Below are positions 63,324 to 64,000 of a stretch of 64,000 nt of DNA, one piece after another. A program made the position numbers and the translations under genes. Every line of letters starts with the position of its first letter. Within the stretch, counting starts at the first letter, position 1. The stretch lies in the IMG/VR virus record IMGVR_UViG_3300005688_000042, one strand, 5' to 3'. This DNA comes from a virus. Taxonomy: Duplodnaviria > Heunggongvirae > Uroviricota > Caudoviricetes. The notes beneath the pieces were generated by a model. That model was not told the DNA's origin. It was given only the letters and a program-made list of their open reading frames with translations, and ran no database searches.

Positions 63324-63584
63324 GTGGGACTGCCAACGCGCAAAATATTGTTGGAGGAAGGTAAACCTGCCATACTCGCATTTCACAATGTTTCACTATC
63401 AACTGGAAAGAAAATGGGCTATAAAGAACTTGCTGAAGGGTGGCTCGCTAAGAAAGAAAAAGAGTCTAGCGTGTTGTTGACTACCGCCAATGATGTTGTT
63501 AACATTGCTCCCACAACGGTTGAGCAGTTAAACGAAGCGATTGAAATAGAGATGCAAAAGCTAAGAATCAAAAAGACTAAATAG
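63324..63584 (+). CDS. hypothetical protein
   Basis: ORF track. Confidence 0.45.
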   Translation: MGLPTRKILLEEGKPAILAFHNVSLSTGKKMGYKELAEGWLAKKEKESSVLLTTANDVVNIAPTTVEQLNEAIEIEMQKLRIKKTK

Positions 63585-63594
63585 TATGATTAAT

Positions 63595-63670
63595 GGCCCG
63601 GAAGCTTATTCGGTCAAGCAGCAAACTCATAATTTGAAGAAAATGGGTTCGAATCCCATACGGGCCACCA
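63595..63670 (+). tRNA. tRNA with anticodon CAU (Met, or Ile2 if lysidinylated), CCA encoded
   Basis: Acceptor GGCCCGG/ACGGGCC (one mismatch), D GCTT/AAGC, loop cuCAUaa, T-arm ATGGG-TTCGAAT-CCCAT. Confidence 0.55.
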
Positions 63671-63694
63671 ACTTAAACACTCTATTTTAAATCA

Positions 63695-63702
63695 TATAAA
63701 TA
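63695..63702 (+). promoter_or_regulatory. T4-type late promoter TATAAATA for the downstream HNH gene
   Basis: caTATAAATActtc 35 nt before the ATG. Confidence 0.5.
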
Positions 63703-63736
63703 CTTCTGTAGGTCAGAAATTACAGGAGAATTAACA

Positions 63737-64000
63737 TGACAGATTTACTACGAGAAAGGGATATAAACGGGTACAGAGGGATATATAAGCCAGATTGGCC
63801 AACTGCGTATACTTCTAACAATTGGAAGGGATTCGTTTACGAACATCGTTACTTAATGGAACGCGAAATGGGTCGCTCTCTAAGAGATGATGAGATTGTT
63901 CATCACCTTGACGGGAATAGATACAACAATAGAATTTCCAATTTAGTCGTATTATCAAACTCAGCATCACATATGAGATTGCATTACTGGATCGACTCTG
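63737..64000 (+). CDS. HNH homing endonuclease (partial, runs off window end)
   Basis: EIVHHLDGNRYNNRISNLVVLSNSASH; directly downstream of tRNA(CAU). Confidence 0.6.

Noticed and set aside
1-64000. Giant-virus (mimivirus-like) origin suggested by AT-richness, TnpB copies and tRNAs
   Set aside because: rIIA/rIIB, RnlA, TATAAATA late promoters, sigma70-type early promoters and bacterial-type RBS/terminators point to a T4-like bacteriophage.

Overview
AT-rich, gene-dense region that reads as an accessory/hyperplastic part of a large T4-like (Straboviridae-type) myophage. The case rests on rIIA and rIIB homologues (54039-57403), T4 RNA ligase 1 (rnlA/gp63, 60867-61979), more than 15 copies of the T4 late-promoter box TATAAATA, and many sigma70-type TTGACA-N17-TAnnAT early promoters. 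The window holds about 110 mostly small plus-strand ORFs of unknown function and several tRNA islands. I read 10 canonical tRNAs by hand (Cys?, Ser, Arg, Gln, Phe, Gly, Lys, Asp, Met/Ile-CAU and a CUA amber-suppressor-like one) plus at least 7 degenerate or over-long tRNA-like genes. There are four late-promoter-driven HNH homing endonucleases next to tRNA genes. A further homing-endonuclease-like insertion has split a tilS-like PP-loop gene and left a synonymously diverged 3' duplicate. Three IS607-like TnpA/TnpB elements each start with TATAAATAGAT; one has TnpA reduced to an HTH stub and one has a TnpB without its zinc finger next to a type-IV-pilin-like ORF. A strikingly GC-rich tail-fibre/host-range module (30005-33888) has a truncated N-terminal duplicate upstream. 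Regulatory and RNA candidates are a 1.1-kb ORF-free repeat-rich region (47118-48236) bounded by 26-bp inverted repeats, an array of late-promoter-driven tRNA-like small-RNA units (7840-9110), a duplicated structured RNA element with compensatory changes (38401-38560 and 40669-40830), and a T8-tract frameshifted small gene. All calls come from reading the sequence by eye and comparing motifs with remembered sequences of the named families; no searches or alignments were run.
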